DNA from: an uncultured Candidatus Saccharibacteria bacterium | GTDB taxonomy: Bacteria; Patescibacteriota; Minisyncoccia; Phycocordibacterales; UBA1006 | Length of the DNA: 64,000 bases | NCBI GenBank assembly: GCA_964620145.1 | Contig: CAZUGR010000001.1 | Span: forward strand, 73 to 64,072 | Direction: 5' to 3' | In this document: one piece after another, positions 61,974 to 64,000 of the stretch | How the letters are laid out: each line of letters opens with the position of its first letter | Position numbering within the stretch: the first letter of the stretch is position 1 | Position numbers and translations under genes: made by a program | Notes under the pieces: model-generated | Database searches by the model: none | The model's input: only the letters and a program-made list of their open reading frames with translations | Told to the model about the DNA's origin: nothing

Positions 61974-62522
61974 CTAGGCGTTTCTGTTCATTCCATAGTT
62001 CGCATCGTAGAGTGCAATTGATTCATTAATATCTGCAATTGCTTGATTTTTACCTGCAATTCCATTGATGGTTACAGTACCTTTTTCACCTTTTTTGAGT
62101 TCTTTGTATGTTTCCCAAAAATGAGTGAATTCTTTGAGGGTATGTTTGTTAATATCTGACAAGTCTTGGAAATCTTCCCATCTCTTGTCATCAATAGGAA
62201 CAGTAATAATTTTTGCATCACTGTCTCCTGTATCAGTCATGTCCATCACAGCAATCGGTCGCACGGTTACCAGCACTCCTGGATGCAGTGGATAAGTGGT
62301 GAGAACAATAACATCGAGAGGATCTCCATCATGCCACAATGTTTGTGGAACGAATCCATAATCGAACGGATAGGGTGCAGAACTGTAGTTAGCTCGGTCG
62401 AGTTTAATCAATCCCGTTTCTTTGTCGATTTCGTATTTGTTGTGAGATCCTTTTGGAATTTCAATAATAACATTCAATGCTTCTGGAGTTCCTCGAGGAA
62501 TATCATGCCATAAATCAGTCAT
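61974..62522 (-). CDS. ppa: Family I inorganic pyrophosphatase
   Basis: 182 aa. EIPKGSHNKYE, YPFDYGFVPQT, DGDPLDVIVL motifs. Confidence 0.95.
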   Translation of the reverse strand: MTDLWHDIPRGTPEALNVIIEIPKGSHNKYEIDKETGLIKLDRANYSSAPYPFDYGFVPQTLWHDGDPLDVIVLTTYPLHPGVLVTVRPIAVMDMTDTGDSDAKIITVPIDDKRWEDFQDLSDINKHTLKEFTHFWETYKELKKGEKGTVTINGIAGKNQAIADINESIALYDANYGMNRNA

Positions 62523-62561
62523 AGATGAGTTGTGTATTATTTTGATAAATGATGAACAAGA

Positions 62562-63806
62562 TTATTCTTGTTCTGGAGTATCTCCGGTTAATTCTGCTTC
62601 ATTCTGTACAAGGTCAGCCAATGCGATAAAATCATCTTCATCGCCTGTCGGGTCTCCGTTCTCGTCTACTTCTTCACCTTTGATGCCTTTGATATCAATT
62701 TTCCAATTGGTGAGTCGTGCAGCAAGTCGAACATTTTGCCCAGATTTTCCAATAGCCAGAGAGAGTTGATTATCAGCAACTTCAACACTTGCCATGTGCT
62801 CTGCTTCGTCAATAGTAATATTAACTACGCGAGCTGGTGCGAGTGAATTTGCGATAAATTCAGAAATAATCGGTGACCAGGGAATGATGTCGATGTTTTC
62901 CCCGTGGAGTTCGTCTTTGATTGTTTGCACACGAACACCTCGTTGTCCTACACATGCCCCAATTGGATCAACACTTTCATCGTTTGACCAAACAGCTATT
63001 TTTGATCGAGAGCCGGCTTCTCGTGATACAGATTTAATCTCAACCGTACCGCTTGCAACCTCGGGAGACTCTTGGATGAATAATTGAGTAATCATCTGTG
63101 GATGTTTTCGAGAGAGTCGCAATGTTACTCCACGTGGAGTTTCGTCAATTGCATAGAGATATGCCTTGATGCGATCACCTGGCTTCCATGTTTCTCCTGG
63201 GATTTGTTCTGTTGTATGGAGAATTCCTGTTGCTCGATAGAATTCAATAAAGATATTTCCTCGTTCGATAGTTTGGATAATACCACTCATTAGTGTTCCT
63301 TGCTTGTCAGTATATTCTCGTGCGATGGTTCCTTTTTCTGCTTCACGGAGTCGTTGCATGATAACTTGTTTTGCGGTTTGTGCTGCAATTCTTCCGAATT
63401 CTGCGTCAGGTGGATCGAGAGGGAAAATCATTTCTTGGCCAACTTCTGCATCACTTTTCATGATTTTTGCATTCTGGATGTACATGTGTTTTTCCTCGTC
63501 GAATCGTGGAATGACTTCTTCGCCTTCTGCTGGTTCTGGGTCTTGGAATCCTTCGGCGATTTGTTCTTCGGTGAGTGCAGGTCGTACAGTATTTTCATCA
63601 ACGATGAGTTTTACTTGAGAAAAATCAACATCACCTGTTTCAAGGTTGAATACAGAACGGATTACTTGTCCTCGTTTTCCATGATCTCTCTTATATGCTG
63701 CGGCGAGAGCTTGTTCAATAGCATCAATAATAGCTGCTTGGGGGATTTTTTTCTCTTGTTCGATTTGTTCAAGAGTGGATTTTAAAATTTTTAGATCGAA
63801 TAACAT
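62562..63806 (-). CDS. nusA: Transcription termination/antitermination factor NusA
   Basis: 414 aa. N-terminal domain, S1 domain, two KH domains (GACVGQRGVRVQ; AIGKSGQNVRLAARL), and an acidic tail. Confidence 0.9.
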   Translation of the reverse strand: MLFDLKILKSTLEQIEQEKKIPQAAIIDAIEQALAAAYKRDHGKRGQVIRSVFNLETGDVDFSQVKLIVDENTVRPALTEEQIAEGFQDPEPAEGEEVIPRFDEEKHMYIQNAKIMKSDAEVGQEMIFPLDPPDAEFGRIAAQTAKQVIMQRLREAEKGTIAREYTDKQGTLMSGIIQTIERGNIFIEFYRATGILHTTEQIPGETWKPGDRIKAYLYAIDETPRGVTLRLSRKHPQMITQLFIQESPEVASGTVEIKSVSREAGSRSKIAVWSNDESVDPIGACVGQRGVRVQTIKDELHGENIDIIPWSPIISEFIANSLAPARVVNITIDEAEHMASVEVADNQLSLAIGKSGQNVRLAARLTNWKIDIKGIKGEEVDENGDPTGDEDDFIALADLVQNEAELTGDTPEQE

Positions 63807-63917
63807 ATATTTATTTTTTAGATTATTTATTTGTTTATAATAAAAGCTCCTTGGTGGGAACTTGTTAGTATCTTATCACAGGACAGACTTTTTTCCAATC
63901 ATACAACACATATACAA

Positions 63918-63933
63918 AGTTATCCACAGTTTG
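63918..63933 (+). promoter_or_regulatory. Perfect DnaA box TTATCCACA (63920-63928) in the word AGTTATCCACAGTTTG
   Basis: Third copy of the extended word. Lies 17 nt upstream of a -35 element. Confidence 0.55.
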
Positions 63934-63944
63934 CTCGATAACCC

Positions 63945-63972
63945 TTGCTTTTTTTGAAATATTAAGTATAAT
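63945..63972 (+). promoter_or_regulatory. Rightward promoter TTGCTT-16-TATAAT reading out of the window
   Basis: TTGCTT at 63945-63950, TATAAT at 63967-63972. Confidence 0.45.
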
Positions 63973-64000
63973 TTGAACCAAGTCAGTGCATTGTTCATTG

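Overview
AT-rich (about 30% GC, judged by eye) chromosomal segment next to the replication origin of a small-genome bacterium that looks like a Patescibacteria/CPR member. Supporting signs: a dnaN-dnaA | rpmH-rnpA-yidD-yidC origin locus, a PrgI/VirB4/T4SS-pilin cluster, no visible Shine-Dalgarno signals, tRNAs without encoded CCA, and the standard genetic code with TAA as the usual stop. I can support about 60 protein genes. They are mostly housekeeping: polA, ruvC, a class A PBP, tyrS, dnaN, dnaA, rsmA, comM/yifB-like, rpsO, cca, pyrG, a Xer recombinase, a UvrD/PcrA helicase, hup, rny, clpP, tig, ppa and nusA. I also support 4 tRNAs (Lys-UUU, Gly-GCC, Arg-UCG, Gly-UCC), the unlisted 44-aa rpmH, and many A-tract/hairpin/T-tract terminators. 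Main observations: (1) about 15 parS-type palindromes, one a perfect TGTTTCACGTGAAACA, packed into 3.1 kb (39.7-42.8 kb), mostly inside coding sequence and about 23-26 kb from dnaA. (2) A 15-kb minus-strand block (18.7-33.5 kb) encoding a VirB4/PrgI/VirB6-like/pilin secretion or pilus apparatus with two roughly 1000-aa proteins and no coupling protein or relaxase in view. (3) An extended DnaA-box word (GTTATCCACAGTTT) repeated upstream of three promoters far from oriC. (4) Otherwise intact genes broken by in-frame stops (xth, a SAM methyltransferase, possibly virB4). (5) A CotH-like gene with a Bacteroidota-type T9SS C-terminal sorting domain. (6) Relic tRNA-like and gene-fragment DNA beside tRNA genes. 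All calls rest on reading the sequence and the ORF translations. No database search was run, so family names are recognitions from motifs, not search results.
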